In this document: one piece after another, positions 9,853 to 19,908 of the stretch
Position numbering within the stretch: the stretch's first letter is position 1
How the letters are laid out: each line of letters starts with the position of its first letter
Source of the DNA: Escherichia phage vB_Ec-M-J
Direction: 5' to 3' (one strand)
DNA: 64,000 nt
Sequence record: OQ718158.1
The notes under the pieces: generated by a model
What the model was told of the DNA's origin: nothing
The model's database searches: none
Seen by the model: only the letters and a program-made list of their open reading frames with translations
Program-made: the position numbers and the translations under genes

Positions 9853-10419
9853 ATGGATGATTTAGATTATACAGATAATGCAGTCCAGCAGTTGTATGAT
9901 AACAGCGGTATGCTAGATATACTTCTGGCTGTTGAAAAATATTTTGATGATAATGATTTGTACGCATATCATGGTATCATCGAAGGTGAACTCGTTGAAG
10001 GTCCGATTGTTAGTAAGTACTGGTGTACTGTGACATTCAAATACTATCGTGAGAATTTCCCTGATCCTACTGCATTCTCAATTCTTGAGAAGCACGGGAC
10101 TAAGGTATATGTGAAAGCAGATTATGAAATTACACCTATTCAAGAACCTAACCGTCAGGCTGATATGAAGAGTGTTGCAACGCAATCTGGTTCTGTTCGT
10201 ATTCCGAAAAATGAACGAATTCCAGTTCTATTGGTTCGTGTACAAATTCCTAGAAACCTAATCAACCCTGAAAGTTTTGATGAATACAAACTAATGGCTT
10301 CCGAGTTCAATAGTAATCCTATGAATGCACAAGAACCATCAGATGAACCAATTACTGGTGAAGATGTTGATTTAGATGTAGAAGTATCTGATGATGTACA
10401 ACAAGGTGGTATGCAATGA
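9853..10419 (+). CDS. hypothetical protein with acidic C-terminus (188 aa)
   Basis: ORF; C-terminal EPSDEPITGEDVDLDVEVSDD. Confidence 0.7.
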   Translation: MDDLDYTDNAVQQLYDNSGMLDILLAVEKYFDDNDLYAYHGIIEGELVEGPIVSKYWCTVTFKYYRENFPDPTAFSILEKHGTKVYVKADYEITPIQEPNRQADMKSVATQSGSVRIPKNERIPVLLVRVQIPRNLINPESFDEYKLMASEFNSNPMNAQEPSDEPITGEDVDLDVEVSDDVQQGGMQ

Positions 10420-11096
10420 AAAAGAAACTAAATGAACAAGGTTTACGTCCACAAGTACTAAAGGATTTGATTCATCCTATTATTAGTGTAGATGAATATA
10501 CTCCTAAGATTGAAGATAGTAATATCGTTGTTATGTTTCAAGTACTAAACAACTTTGATGCTGCATATGACCTGTCATCTTTTATTGAGAAGTCACCAAT
10601 TGATGCAGTTGATACGGAAGCTGCTGAAACACCTAATCTGGATGGTCGTTATCAGGTATTCGTTGAAATGGAACGTGATGCGGAATTTCCAGAAAACCTA
10701 CTTCGTCTTATCAAAACTATTGAAAACATTTGCCCAAATCCTGGCTGGAAGATTCAGCTTTATGGTGTGAATGATCCGATTGATGTTGATTTTGATGAAA
10801 TTCAACAACGTATCGATTTGGGTATTCCTAAATCCATCAGTGAATTTTTAGACTTTGCTGGTGTATCTGTTGTTAAAGAAGGTCACATGCTTGCATTAAA
10901 CACTGCATATGGTAAACTACATTACAGTACTGGTAGTGGCTTTGTGTCAGAAGCATACGTAAAACAGCTTCTATCGAACGATACGCAGGTAGATACATCT
11001 CGTTTAAGTTCGGTACTAGGTGAAAGTTATAGCGTCCTACGAAGCGGCAATCAGTATGTAGTAGGCAAAGATGGGAAGTATTTGGTGTTACGATGA
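10416..11096 (+). CDS. hypothetical protein (226 aa)
   Basis: ATGA-coupled ORF; size similar to a sliding clamp but no convincing similarity seen by eye. Confidence 0.7.
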   Translation: MKKKLNEQGLRPQVLKDLIHPIISVDEYTPKIEDSNIVVMFQVLNNFDAAYDLSSFIEKSPIDAVDTEAAETPNLDGRYQVFVEMERDAEFPENLLRLIKTIENICPNPGWKIQLYGVNDPIDVDFDEIQQRIDLGIPKSISEFLDFAGVSVVKEGHMLALNTAYGKLHYSTGSGFVSEAYVKQLLSNDTQVDTSRLSSVLGESYSVLRSGNQYVVGKDGKYLVLR

Positions 11097-11911
11097 GAAT
11101 TTTAAACATGCTTAAATCTCTCCATGAGACTACCAAACTTCACCAAGACGACAAGTATCATCGTAGTACAACTAAAGATTTGGCATGTAGGATGTATATG
11201 AGACGATTCGAAATTTCTCGAATCGGTAAAGGATGGGACGATATCAAACGTGAAGATATCGACCCTGATGCGGTATTCAAAGCATACATGGCACGAAAAG
11301 TTTTTATCAATGAGAAAACTTTTTATATTGACAGCGATAAAGAACTTGAAGTAAAATTTACGAAAGGCTTGTGGAAGATTTGGTGCTTAGAGACGTTCGG
11401 TGAAGTTTTACCAGAGCCACCAGTACCAGAAACTTACAAAGATCTAAAAGCTATATTTGACAATGAACATATACATACAAATTACTCACTATATGAAACT
11501 GTTTCCGAAGCGGTATTTTATGGAGAGTTGAACGGTCATAACAAGTACTTTGATAGTATGGTGAGTTTTGATTTATTCTGTCATCTCCCTGGTATCTCTA
11601 GTTGGACATGTGACCAGCATCGAGCTAGTAAGGTAGACAAGCGTAAGTTCTCTGCTCAACGCTTTATGCAAGCTGCTATGGGTATGTACAAATTGGATTA
11701 TCTTGGGTGTCCAGAACCATATAAACATTTTTGGAAAGAACGTGCACAAAAGTGCATGAACTATTGTATAATTCGTTTAATGGATTCATACATTTTAAAA
11801 TTCAGAAATGCAACTGTGTATGATATGCCGGAACCACCAAAGAATGAAAAGTACCCACCAGTAAAAACATTTGTGTGGTACAAGGACAAGAGTAACAAAA
11901 GGATGCACTAA
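11093..11911 (+). CDS. hypothetical protein (272 aa)
   Basis: ATGA-coupled ORF; no motif recognised. Confidence 0.7.
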   Translation: MRILNMLKSLHETTKLHQDDKYHRSTTKDLACRMYMRRFEISRIGKGWDDIKREDIDPDAVFKAYMARKVFINEKTFYIDSDKELEVKFTKGLWKIWCLETFGEVLPEPPVPETYKDLKAIFDNEHIHTNYSLYETVSEAVFYGELNGHNKYFDSMVSFDLFCHLPGISSWTCDQHRASKVDKRKFSAQRFMQAAMGMYKLDYLGCPEPYKHFWKERAQKCMNYCIIRLMDSYILKFRNATVYDMPEPPKNEKYPPVKTFVWYKDKSNKRMH

Positions 11912-11927
11912 GGTGCGTCCTTTTTTT
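11901..11927 (+). terminator. Rho-independent terminator
   Basis: gatgcac/gtgcgtc stem overlapping stop codon, then T7. Confidence 0.6.
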
Positions 11928-11941
11928 CTTTAAAAAATGGT

Positions 11942-11970
11942 TTGACAAATACATCGTGTGTATGTAGAAT
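11942..11970 (+). promoter_or_regulatory. sigma70-type promoter (TTGACA-17-TAGAAT)
   Basis: -35 TTGACA 11942-11947, -10 TAGAAT 11965-11970, upstream of gene at 12011. Confidence 0.6.
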
Positions 11971-12010
11971 GTACGTATCGTATCAATTTTAATTAATTAA
12001 GAGGTTAGTA

Positions 12011-13138
12011 ATGAAAGGAAAATATTTTTTCATTGACAACGGAAAAGAAGTTGAAATCAAAGAATTTAACTTCAACTACGTTCTTAACTCACTGTTAAAA
12101 CAGTATGATCGTTCATCGAATCGAAAATATATGTATACCATTGTTGTGGACAGAACATACGATTCATTGGGAAATCCACATTTCGACACCCGTTCACTTT
12201 CACTCGACGAGATCTATTTTGATAATCGCCGTTTGAAGGTAATGGATTTGATGAAAGATAAAATTCATTTCTCAAATGTGAGAATCGTTCCAGATCTCCC
12301 AATTCCTCCGTTAGAGAAGGAGTACCGAGACTGGAAGGAAGGCAAACTTCGTCCAAACATGGCAGCAGTAGCTACTTCACCAGAAGTTCCGGCTCCTATT
12401 GTTCTTAAGAAGAAACCTATCGATCCTGAATGTGATATGGTTGCTGACATTGAACGTTGGATGGAATTCCCAGATACAATTAAAAAAGATTCAGTAAAAG
12501 TACTGGATTGGTATGTTAACCTCCCAGTATGTGCACAAGAAGTTGGTATGAAGATTCAGAAGATCTCTGAGCGACAATTGGATTTGAACGCAGCACTACA
12601 ACAACACAGTGATTATATCCGTTTATTAATGGGTAACCTTACAACAGCACTGGAAAAGTTATTCCCGTTGAAGCCTACCTTTGCACAGAAGTTGTTTGGG
12701 AAAGCAGATATCAAAGTTCAACCATCTGATTTACCAAAAGTAATGAAAGCATTGAATGAGGCCGTGAAGTACGATACTAACAAGTTTAGTGGTATTACGT
12801 CTTTATTCACTGAAATTCGTGAGGAAGTTCGTGAAATCAAAAATGAACTTGAGTATGGTAAGATTGGGTGTGAATATGCAATTCGTCGTTTGGAAGATCC
12901 ATTTGAATATGAACTAACGCTTGAACGTATTATGAAAATGGGTATTTCAACAGCAATGACTGAAACTAGTATTGTTGGTGTTAGTAAGCAGTATCAGATT
13001 GATATGAGCCGAATGATTGATATTCAAACTATCACTATCCCATTGATTATAGGTCGTTTACAAGCTCAAACTGGTAAAGCAGTCGATGAAGATACTGCCA
13101 ATATCATTCGCAACCTAGCGTATGGAAATAAAGAGTAA
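12011..13138 (+). CDS. hypothetical protein (375 aa)
   Basis: ATG with gaggttagta SD downstream of strong promoter. Confidence 0.75.
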   Translation: MKGKYFFIDNGKEVEIKEFNFNYVLNSLLKQYDRSSNRKYMYTIVVDRTYDSLGNPHFDTRSLSLDEIYFDNRRLKVMDLMKDKIHFSNVRIVPDLPIPPLEKEYRDWKEGKLRPNMAAVATSPEVPAPIVLKKKPIDPECDMVADIERWMEFPDTIKKDSVKVLDWYVNLPVCAQEVGMKIQKISERQLDLNAALQQHSDYIRLLMGNLTTALEKLFPLKPTFAQKLFGKADIKVQPSDLPKVMKALNEAVKYDTNKFSGITSLFTEIREEVREIKNELEYGKIGCEYAIRRLEDPFEYELTLERIMKMGISTAMTETSIVGVSKQYQIDMSRMIDIQTITIPLIIGRLQAQTGKAVDEDTANIIRNLAYGNKE

Positions 13139-13145
13139 AAAGTAG

Positions 13146-13174
13146 TTGACAGTACTGAGTGTTGCCTGTAGAAT
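13146..13174 (+). promoter_or_regulatory. sigma70-type promoter (TTGACA-17-TAGAAT)
   Basis: -35 13146-13151, -10 13169-13174; -10 flanked by inverted repeat gtgttgc/gcaacac. Confidence 0.6.
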
Positions 13175-13220
13175 GTTTATCACTGAGCAACACTATCTTA
13201 AATTAACTGAGGAATACACA

Positions 13221-14363
13221 ATGTCCGAGAAAGAAATCAATCCGAAAAAAGCAACAGTTAAACAAGCCAAAGCAACCAAAACTGCCAAACGTACTACCAA
13301 AACAGCAGCACACACAATTGACGCAACTGATATCTTCGAACAACAGTCCAAGTCACTTCCAGTACTGAAAGATACTAAAGGCAACAGTATGGCTTTAACT
13401 GTGCAGAATATTAATACCATCGGAACCACTGCTGGGGCAGGTGTAGGACGTTTGGCTGATGAAATCATGTCAAAAGTTAACGTCACTGATGATAATACCG
13501 AATTCGGTAAGTCTATTACTACTATCTTGACATTGACTCGTGCAGTTGATATTGATAGTCTACAGGATGATAAATCAATCGTAGGCTGGGTCAAAAAACT
13601 TTTTGTTAATGCTAAACAGAAAGTTGGCGATCAGTACAAAAACAGTAAAGAACAAATTGATGAAATCATGAACACTCTTCAGGTTGGTATTAACCGCCAG
13701 CATGGGGAATGTGCATGGCTAGACACTGCTTACAACGAAAACAAAAACTATCTCTTTGAACTGCGTGATACGTTAGTTGAGTTGGAAGAAGTTACCAAAG
13801 CACAAGATGCTGAATTGGTAGCAATGCAAGCGAACCCTGACGTTGATTCTTTTGCAATCCAGGAGCAAAAGATGATTTGTGAAGCTCTTTCTAAACAGGA
13901 AGATAAGATTCGTCGTCTTATCATGATGTGTGAACTGAGCGGTCCTCGCCTGATGAGTATGAAGAAAGTAAACCTCAACACTGTTTCTAAGTTTGAGGAT
14001 TTGAAATCAGTTGTTATTCCAGCATGGAAATCACAATTGGCTGAACAGTTGATTTCCGAACGTCAACGTAAAGACAATGAGTTGGGTAATCTGATTGACA
14101 ATGAAACTAACCGTTTACTCGAAGTAAACTCTAAAATGGTAGCAACTAACATGTTGGATGCTGCTAAGGCAAATAATCGTGGTATCGTGGATATTAAAAC
14201 ATTGCGTAATGTACACAAAACAATGATCGATAGCATCGAAGCAGTACTGATTGAAGAGAAGAAAGGTAAAGAAGAGCGTGAGCGAGCTAAGATTGAAATC
14301 GCAAAACTCTCTCATGAACTTGAAGATACTCTTCGTGAAATTGCTGAAAAAGCTAACAAGTAA
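13221..14363 (+). CDS. hypothetical Lys/Thr-rich N-terminus, coiled-coil-like protein (380 aa)
   Basis: ORF-track start (TTG 13146) lies in the promoter; first ATG with SD gaggaa is 13221. Confidence 0.75.
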   Translation: MSEKEINPKKATVKQAKATKTAKRTTKTAAHTIDATDIFEQQSKSLPVLKDTKGNSMALTVQNINTIGTTAGAGVGRLADEIMSKVNVTDDNTEFGKSITTILTLTRAVDIDSLQDDKSIVGWVKKLFVNAKQKVGDQYKNSKEQIDEIMNTLQVGINRQHGECAWLDTAYNENKNYLFELRDTLVELEEVTKAQDAELVAMQANPDVDSFAIQEQKMICEALSKQEDKIRRLIMMCELSGPRLMSMKKVNLNTVSKFEDLKSVVIPAWKSQLAEQLISERQRKDNELGNLIDNETNRLLEVNSKMVATNMLDAAKANNRGIVDIKTLRNVHKTMIDSIEAVLIEEKKGKEERERAKIEIAKLSHELEDTLREIAEKANK

Positions 14364-14366
14364 TAG

Positions 14367-14395
14367 TTGACACAAGAGTGCGTTTTCAATATAAT
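14367..14395 (+). promoter_or_regulatory. sigma70-type promoter embedded in terminator hairpin
   Basis: -35 TTGACA 14367-14372, -10 TATAAT 14390-14395 inside the loop of hairpin 14375-14416. Confidence 0.55.
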
Positions 14396-14422
14396 GTTCT
14401 TATTGAAACGCACTCTTTTTTT
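14375..14422 (+). terminator. Rho-independent terminator (long stem, T7 tail)
   Basis: agagtgcgttttcaa ... ttgaaacgcactct followed by ttttttt. Confidence 0.6.
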
Positions 14423-14445
14423 AATATACTGATAAGGAACGAAAT

Positions 14446-15135
14446 ATGAAACGTCGTCATGTTAGTGTTGATATTGAATCTCTCGGTACTCCTGAAAACT
14501 CTGGCTATGATATTATTATTCCAAATTATGCAGCAGTAGTTGTTCCAAGTAAACCTGAACATGATATCAGACAATTTGTATATGTTAAGTTACCATACCA
14601 AGCACAAGTCAACGCTGGGCTGAAATCAGATGCAGGTGCAATGGATTTCTGGATGAATACATGTCAGAAGGAATATCCTAATGCATATGCTGAAGTTGCC
14701 AGTACTATGGCACTTGTTGCACCAGAATTGTACGGTCCTAATGGTAAATCCAAACAAATCTTTACTTCTAATGGTATTGTCGATTTCTGGAAAGATATCC
14801 GTTTTGATTGTTATGGTAAAGAGGTTGAGCATTCAATTTGGGGAAATGGCTGCAACTTCGACTGTAGTATTTTACAAGCTAATCACTTAAAACTATTGAA
14901 TGTTGGTGATTTGTGGAAATATGATGCTCCTGAAAACGCACGAACCCTGAAGCGTTTATTGAATGAAGAAGCTCGTACTGAAATGGATGAGATTGTGTCA
15001 GTGCAGTTAGCTAAATTCGTGAAGTATGCAGAAAAATGTGGTATTAATGGTTTGGAATTACATCACCCTCTGTATGATGCAGCACGTGAAGCTATCCAAA
15101 TCTCCTATTGTCTCAATAAACTTAAACTGGACTAA
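14446..15135 (+). CDS. dexA: DEDDh-family 3'-5' exonuclease (DnaQ-like), T4 DexA-like, 229 aa
   Basis: Exo I VSVDIESLGT, Exo II NGCNFDCSIL, Exo III HHPLYDAAREA (H-x4-D). Confidence 0.75.
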   Translation: MKRRHVSVDIESLGTPENSGYDIIIPNYAAVVVPSKPEHDIRQFVYVKLPYQAQVNAGLKSDAGAMDFWMNTCQKEYPNAYAEVASTMALVAPELYGPNGKSKQIFTSNGIVDFWKDIRFDCYGKEVEHSIWGNGCNFDCSILQANHLKLLNVGDLWKYDAPENARTLKRLLNEEARTEMDEIVSVQLAKFVKYAEKCGINGLELHHPLYDAAREAIQISYCLNKLKLD

Positions 15136-15138
15136 TAC

Positions 15139-16233
15139 ATGAATTTTATTATTCTGTTGATTCCTTCACTTATCGTTGTATTTGTTATGAAATACATGTA
15201 TGATAAGCATATCAGTACTAAAGAACTGTTGATTCATATTGGTTGTTGTATAGTTGGTGCTGCTCTTGTGCTTGGTATCTCATATGCAATCAACTACAGC
15301 CAATTGTACGATGTAGAGATTCTAAATGGGCAGGTAACATCCAAATATAATCACAAGGAGTTTTGTACACAATCAAGCTCATGTAAGCATTACACGTGGC
15401 ACGAAAAATGCAGAACTCGTTATGATAGTAAGGGGAAATCCCATCGTGAATGTGAGTCCTATAAGGTATTTGATTATTCATACGAAGTTGACTGGTATGT
15501 AAAAAGTACTGTAGGGAAGTTTGAGATTGAGCGAGTAAACCGTCAGGGTACAATGACCCCTCCACGCTGGCAACAGGTTAACATTGGGGATTATGCTGCC
15601 GCAGAAAGTTCTTATATTAACTATCTGTTCGCTGATAAAAACTCATTGTTCAGTCCTGATGAATTACATGAAATGTATGATGAGAAATATCTTAGTACTT
15701 TACCAGAATACCCAAGTGTGGTAGACTATTATAAAACACACCATGTAATCAACACTACTAATTATAATGTAGATGGTTATGATGAGTATCTGCGTGAAGA
15801 ACTAAAAACTATGGGTGCACGTAAACAAGTCAACATCCAAGTTTTGGTTTATGATTATAAAAACGTAGATTTTGTTGAGGCAACACTCGCTTCGTGGCGT
15901 GGTGGTAAGAAGAATGATGTTATTATGTTCTTTGGAATTGATAATGATGGGAAGATTGTTAAATTTGATAGCACATCATTTGCACAAGGTATGAAGAATG
16001 AAGAACTACATGCTAAGATGCGAATGGATGCATTAAATGAAAAATTAACTCTTGACTTACTGACCAAAGAAGTGCATAATATTGACACAAAGTTTGAAAG
16101 ACTCTCTAACAAAGAGTTCGAGTACTTGTCTGTAAAAATGGAACCACGTAAAGATGTTCTCATCGGTGCTTCTATTTTGTTACTGATTGTATCTATTTTC
16201 ATTGGCCTTTATATGAGGGATAACAAGTTATGA
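15139..16233 (+). CDS. hypothetical membrane protein with N- and C-terminal hydrophobic segments and Cys-rich region (364 aa)
   Basis: Hydrophobic N-term IILLIPSLIVVFV and C-term ILLLIVSIFIGLY; CxxxxxC...C...C cluster. Confidence 0.7.
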   Translation: MNFIILLIPSLIVVFVMKYMYDKHISTKELLIHIGCCIVGAALVLGISYAINYSQLYDVEILNGQVTSKYNHKEFCTQSSSCKHYTWHEKCRTRYDSKGKSHRECESYKVFDYSYEVDWYVKSTVGKFEIERVNRQGTMTPPRWQQVNIGDYAAAESSYINYLFADKNSLFSPDELHEMYDEKYLSTLPEYPSVVDYYKTHHVINTTNYNVDGYDEYLREELKTMGARKQVNIQVLVYDYKNVDFVEATLASWRGGKKNDVIMFFGIDNDGKIVKFDSTSFAQGMKNEELHAKMRMDALNEKLTLDLLTKEVHNIDTKFERLSNKEFEYLSVKMEPRKDVLIGASILLLIVSIFIGLYMRDNKL

Positions 16234-16784
16234 ATGGTAAAATTATTGCATTGATTGGTGTTGTTGTTGTATTCGGTCTTATGGCAATTGGATCAGTTAG
16301 TATGTATGTAGATGCACATGACCGTGCTGTTGAATTTGAAGGTAATATTAAAAAGTACTATGATGCATCAGAAAGCCAACTAAGTAAATACACTCTTGTC
16401 ATTCAAGAAAAAGTACAAGTTTCTGATAAGTATAAGGATGCATTGAAAGAAACCATCGAAACATACTTTAAAGGTCGTGAAGGTGTTGACCAGAAGTTTG
16501 TGATGTCACAGATTCAACAACAGGTTCCAAATCTCGATCCTAAGATTTATCAAGAACTTATGGTAACTATCGAGTCAGGACGTACACAGTTCAACAATCT
16601 TCAGAAAATGAAAATTGACCAGTGTACTGATTATGCTAAGTTCCGTAAAGGTTTCTGGAACTCCAAAATTCTTGATACTAACACATTCCCAAGTGAAAAT
16701 ATTGAACATTTATGTACAGTAGTTTCTGATACACGCACTAAGAAAGCAATGGATACTGGTATCCAAGAAGTAATTAAACTATAA
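16230..16784 (+). CDS. hypothetical membrane-anchored protein (184 aa)
   Basis: N-terminal TM IIALIGVVVVFGLMAIG; ATGA overlap with upstream gene. Confidence 0.7.
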   Translation: MNGKIIALIGVVVVFGLMAIGSVSMYVDAHDRAVEFEGNIKKYYDASESQLSKYTLVIQEKVQVSDKYKDALKETIETYFKGREGVDQKFVMSQIQQQVPNLDPKIYQELMVTIESGRTQFNNLQKMKIDQCTDYAKFRKGFWNSKILDTNTFPSENIEHLCTVVSDTRTKKAMDTGIQEVIKL

Positions 16785-16793
16785 TCTAAATCT

Positions 16794-16819
16794 GGGAGTA
16801 CATTGTACTCCCATTTTCT
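16794..16819 (+). terminator. Rho-independent terminator
   Basis: gggagtac att gtactccc hairpin then attttct. Confidence 0.6.
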
Positions 16820-16831
16820 ATAGGATTTATT

Positions 16832-17419
16832 ATGTTTTTAAAAAATACTTATGAATTAATTAAAATGCTTCAAAATATGAATTTCGGTGGTCTATTCCCG
16901 TATCACTCTGAGGATAAAACTCATCGTTTAGTTTTGAAATTGGATGAAACTGGGCGTATTGCATCACTAAGAACGGCTGTTCCAAATATGGATCAAGTAA
17001 TTATGCCAACAACTCCAAATTCAGGAACTGCTGTTAATACACCACAAACATATAACTCAAACTACCAACACCCACAGATGTATACGATTAGTACTCCATC
17101 TATTACAAGAGTTGCTTGTATTGTTACTATAAAAGTATCAAAAGACTATCGTGATTTAATATCAGTTGAATGGTCAGAACTAACATCAGCATTTGCAAAC
17201 AATGGGCTTGTTGTAACAAATGCTGGTATAGCAGTCAATGCAAAAGAAGGACAACAGATAATGAGTGCGTTGTATCTTAGCAATGGTTATGTTATCATTA
17301 ATGGGAAGTTGTATTGTAACACCGAACCAGAAGCACTCACTGAAGATTTGATTAGTGAAAAAGAATATAGTCTTCTTGAAATTATGAATTTAAAAAAGGT
17401 ATATGAAAACTGTGATTAG
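16832..17419 (+). CDS. hypothetical protein (195 aa)
   Basis: ORF after terminator. Confidence 0.6.
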   Translation: MFLKNTYELIKMLQNMNFGGLFPYHSEDKTHRLVLKLDETGRIASLRTAVPNMDQVIMPTTPNSGTAVNTPQTYNSNYQHPQMYTISTPSITRVACIVTIKVSKDYRDLISVEWSELTSAFANNGLVVTNAGIAVNAKEGQQIMSALYLSNGYVIINGKLYCNTEPEALTEDLISEKEYSLLEIMNLKKVYENCD

Positions 17420-17987
17420 ATTTGATCAAGACGATTTGCCATTTATCCAAGAACTAGAAGAACTAGTTACGGTAACGATGCAAGAAATTAGTTCATGGGA
17501 TATAACAGTTTTTAGGAACGTATATGATAAAATCACAAACTTTAAAACTGTTAATATTGAGGTAAAACACAATAACTTTTACTTAACAAAAGAATTCATT
17601 CTAAAAAGACCAGGAACGATCCAACCGAAACGTAATTTGTCTTTTGCTCAAGTTCTCGGTTCTAAGACAAGGGATGATGATGATTTGAATGAATCAATAT
17701 ATTCGTATATTAAAGAGCGTTCCCCTGATGTTAAGAAGAGATATTACCTTTGTGTTACATTTGATGAACAAGGAAAACTAAATTCGTATTCCATAAATTC
17801 ATCATCACACGTTCCATTACATTCAACGTCAATTGGTGATAAACAATTACTAATCGATTCATCAACCTGGCACAATAGGGAAAGTTTCTCCACTGAAACT
17901 TTTCAGTACTCGGTATCTGAACCAAAGTCTCCATTTGATTTTGTGTTTGTTAATAACATCCTTTTACGTTTTGGTGTAGGAGTCTAA
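17403..17987 (+). CDS. hypothetical protein (194 aa), possible divergent FQxS-family member
   Basis: C-proximal STETFQYSVSEP. Confidence 0.6.
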   Translation: MKTVIRFDQDDLPFIQELEELVTVTMQEISSWDITVFRNVYDKITNFKTVNIEVKHNNFYLTKEFILKRPGTIQPKRNLSFAQVLGSKTRDDDDLNESIYSYIKERSPDVKKRYYLCVTFDEQGKLNSYSINSSSHVPLHSTSIGDKQLLIDSSTWHNRESFSTETFQYSVSEPKSPFDFVFVNNILLRFGVGV

Positions 17988-17989
17988 TT

Positions 17990-18343
17990 ATGCTAATTTA
18001 TTTGAGTGTTCTTGTTATTTCATTACTGGTATCATTAGCAGTACTGAAAGTTGTTGCCATCGGTCGTAGTAAAATGGATAGTACTGAAACCAGTTCTGTG
18101 TTGGACCTAATTATGGATCATCCAAAGATCTGTACTGGTATTGTTGTGTTTGTTCTTCTTATAGGAACATTCATTGTACGTACACATTTATACAATATGT
18201 ATGACTGTAGTGTTCGTTCAATTTCCCAGGGTGTTGAAACCGACTATAGCTGGTACTATGAGAAATGCCGATTCAAAAACCAGCATGGTATTTGGGTTGA
18301 TTTTGATAAACTACGTGGTACACCATCAGGCGAAGAAGAGTAA
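17990..18343 (+). CDS. small membrane protein (117 aa)
   Basis: Two hydrophobic segments near N-terminus. Confidence 0.6.
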   Translation: MLIYLSVLVISLLVSLAVLKVVAIGRSKMDSTETSSVLDLIMDHPKICTGIVVFVLLIGTFIVRTHLYNMYDCSVRSISQGVETDYSWYYEKCRFKNQHGIWVDFDKLRGTPSGEEE

Positions 18344-18345
18344 TT

Positions 18346-18837
18346 ATGTTTGAATTTCCTGAAGAGTCATTTAACTATATTGACCCTACTGATGACGGAT
18401 ACAGACATATTAATATCTATAGTAAAGCTAAGACTAAGTTAGGTAGGGATCTATCTAACTTTTCGTCACATAGTTTTACCTTAGAACTATACGGTTGGTT
18501 CCCATCGGTAGAAACTTTTTATTTTTGGTTTTTAACAGGCCAGAAACATGATGATCTTAGAAAAGTGTCGGGTGCTGCTGCAAAAGCAGCGGCGAACAAG
18601 TATATGCACGACCGTATTGAAATGACACCCGAATGCATTTCTTGTATCCAGGATGCAATATGTGCTAAGATATTTCAAAACCCAGAACTTGCTGAACGAT
18701 TGAGGAAAAGTAAGTTACCCTTCTATCATTACTATGTTTATGGTGGGAAGGTGGTTGATGTATCTGATGAACATGACTGGTTTGTTAAAACATTCGAAGA
18801 TATAAGAATTGTTTTGAAGGAGAACCACAATGAGTAA
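18346..18837 (+). CDS. hypothetical protein (163 aa)
   Basis: ORF in tight array. Confidence 0.65.
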   Translation: MFEFPEESFNYIDPTDDGYRHINIYSKAKTKLGRDLSNFSSHSFTLELYGWFPSVETFYFWFLTGQKHDDLRKVSGAAAKAAANKYMHDRIEMTPECISCIQDAICAKIFQNPELAERLRKSKLPFYHYYVYGGKVVDVSDEHDWFVKTFEDIRIVLKENHNE

Positions 18838-19108
18838 ATGTTGGGTATGTTGTAAGCAATTCGATGAAGATTATATTATTTCTTTGGATGTATTACCACA
18901 ACAATACATGATATCTTCAGGGAAATATAAACTAGATACAGTTCCAACACCTAAGTATATGGGGATTTGTCCATTGTGTAATGGGAATGGTGTATCGAAT
19001 GAAGTTGTTGCATTCACAAATACACAAACTACTGATTGTGTCGCCGAATATATAAGAAAGAATCTGGCTTTTTTCACTAGGAGATTATATGAACGAGAGA
19101 ATCTTTAA
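18830..19108 (+). CDS. small Cys-rich (zinc-ribbon-like) protein (92 aa)
   Basis: CWVCC ... CPLCNGNG cysteine pairs. Confidence 0.6.
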   Translation: MSKCWVCCKQFDEDYIISLDVLPQQYMISSGKYKLDTVPTPKYMGICPLCNGNGVSNEVVAFTNTQTTDCVAEYIRKNLAFFTRRLYERENL

Positions 19109-19325
19109 TTCATATGATATGGAAGATTTACTAATACCATCTGATAACAGTACTGTTAAAATGCAAATGTATTGGTTAGTAAAAGATGGCAAGGTATTCC
19201 AGCACAAAGTTACAAAAGTATGGCAATGTAATAAAAACAAATCTATAGTTGATGCACTCGCAACTGCATTTCCTGGGGTAGAGGTTGTATTTTTACCATT
19301 TGCCTACATTAAGGAAATAAAATGA
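19089..19325 (+). CDS. hypothetical protein (78 aa)
   Basis: ORF; overlaps upstream gene by 20 nt. Confidence 0.55.
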   Translation: MNERIFNSYDMEDLLIPSDNSTVKMQMYWLVKDGKVFQHKVTKVWQCNKNKSIVDALATAFPGVEVVFLPFAYIKEIK

Positions 19326-19489
19326 AAAAAACATGGACAATATTCGTAATACCTACTATAATGTTGTTATTGTCACTTACGGTCCCACAAGGGCATGTTG
19401 TGGCACTGAATGTAGTAGAAATTATTCTTCTTGTAATTCACTGCATTGTATGTTACTATTATGTAAAATCGGATGATAAAAAAATATGA
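19322..19489 (+). CDS. small hydrophobic protein (55 aa), not in ORF track
   Basis: ATGA overlaps at both ends; two hydrophobic stretches. Confidence 0.4.
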   Translation: MKKTWTIFVIPTIMLLLSLTVPQGHVVALNVVEIILLVIHCIVCYYYVKSDDKKI

Positions 19490-19908
19490 AGTACTATCGA
19501 ATTCGAGTTGGTGTAAGCTCTGGTTTTAGTAATTGGGTATATTATGATTTACCTGATAGCTATACAGTAGAAGATGTAATTGACTTATATTATGAAGAAG
19601 AGTCATGGGTATCCAGTACTGAAACGCACAGTGTTGTGTGTGAAGAACTGAGTGCAGAAGATTACAAGCACTGTACCCAAGCAATGAAGTATTACAGTAA
19701 AGATGTGAAGATGTTATCTGAAAACGTTTTTCCTGTAAAAGAATGGGCAATTTTGCTTGCAAATCCTAACAAACCTGTTAGAATAGGTTATCCAAACAAT
19801 CATATGGTTTATCGAATGAATGATAAACGTGAGCTAAGTTATCAGTATGATTACAGTGCTTCTAAGTTTGGAGTTCTAAAACAATTTATGAAGGCTTATC
19901 CAGTATGA
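19486..19908 (+). CDS. hypothetical protein (140 aa)
   Basis: ORF in coupled array. Confidence 0.65.
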   Translation: MKYYRIRVGVSSGFSNWVYYDLPDSYTVEDVIDLYYEEESWVSSTETHSVVCEELSAEDYKHCTQAMKYYSKDVKMLSENVFPVKEWAILLANPNKPVRIGYPNNHMVYRMNDKRELSYQYDYSASKFGVLKQFMKAYPV

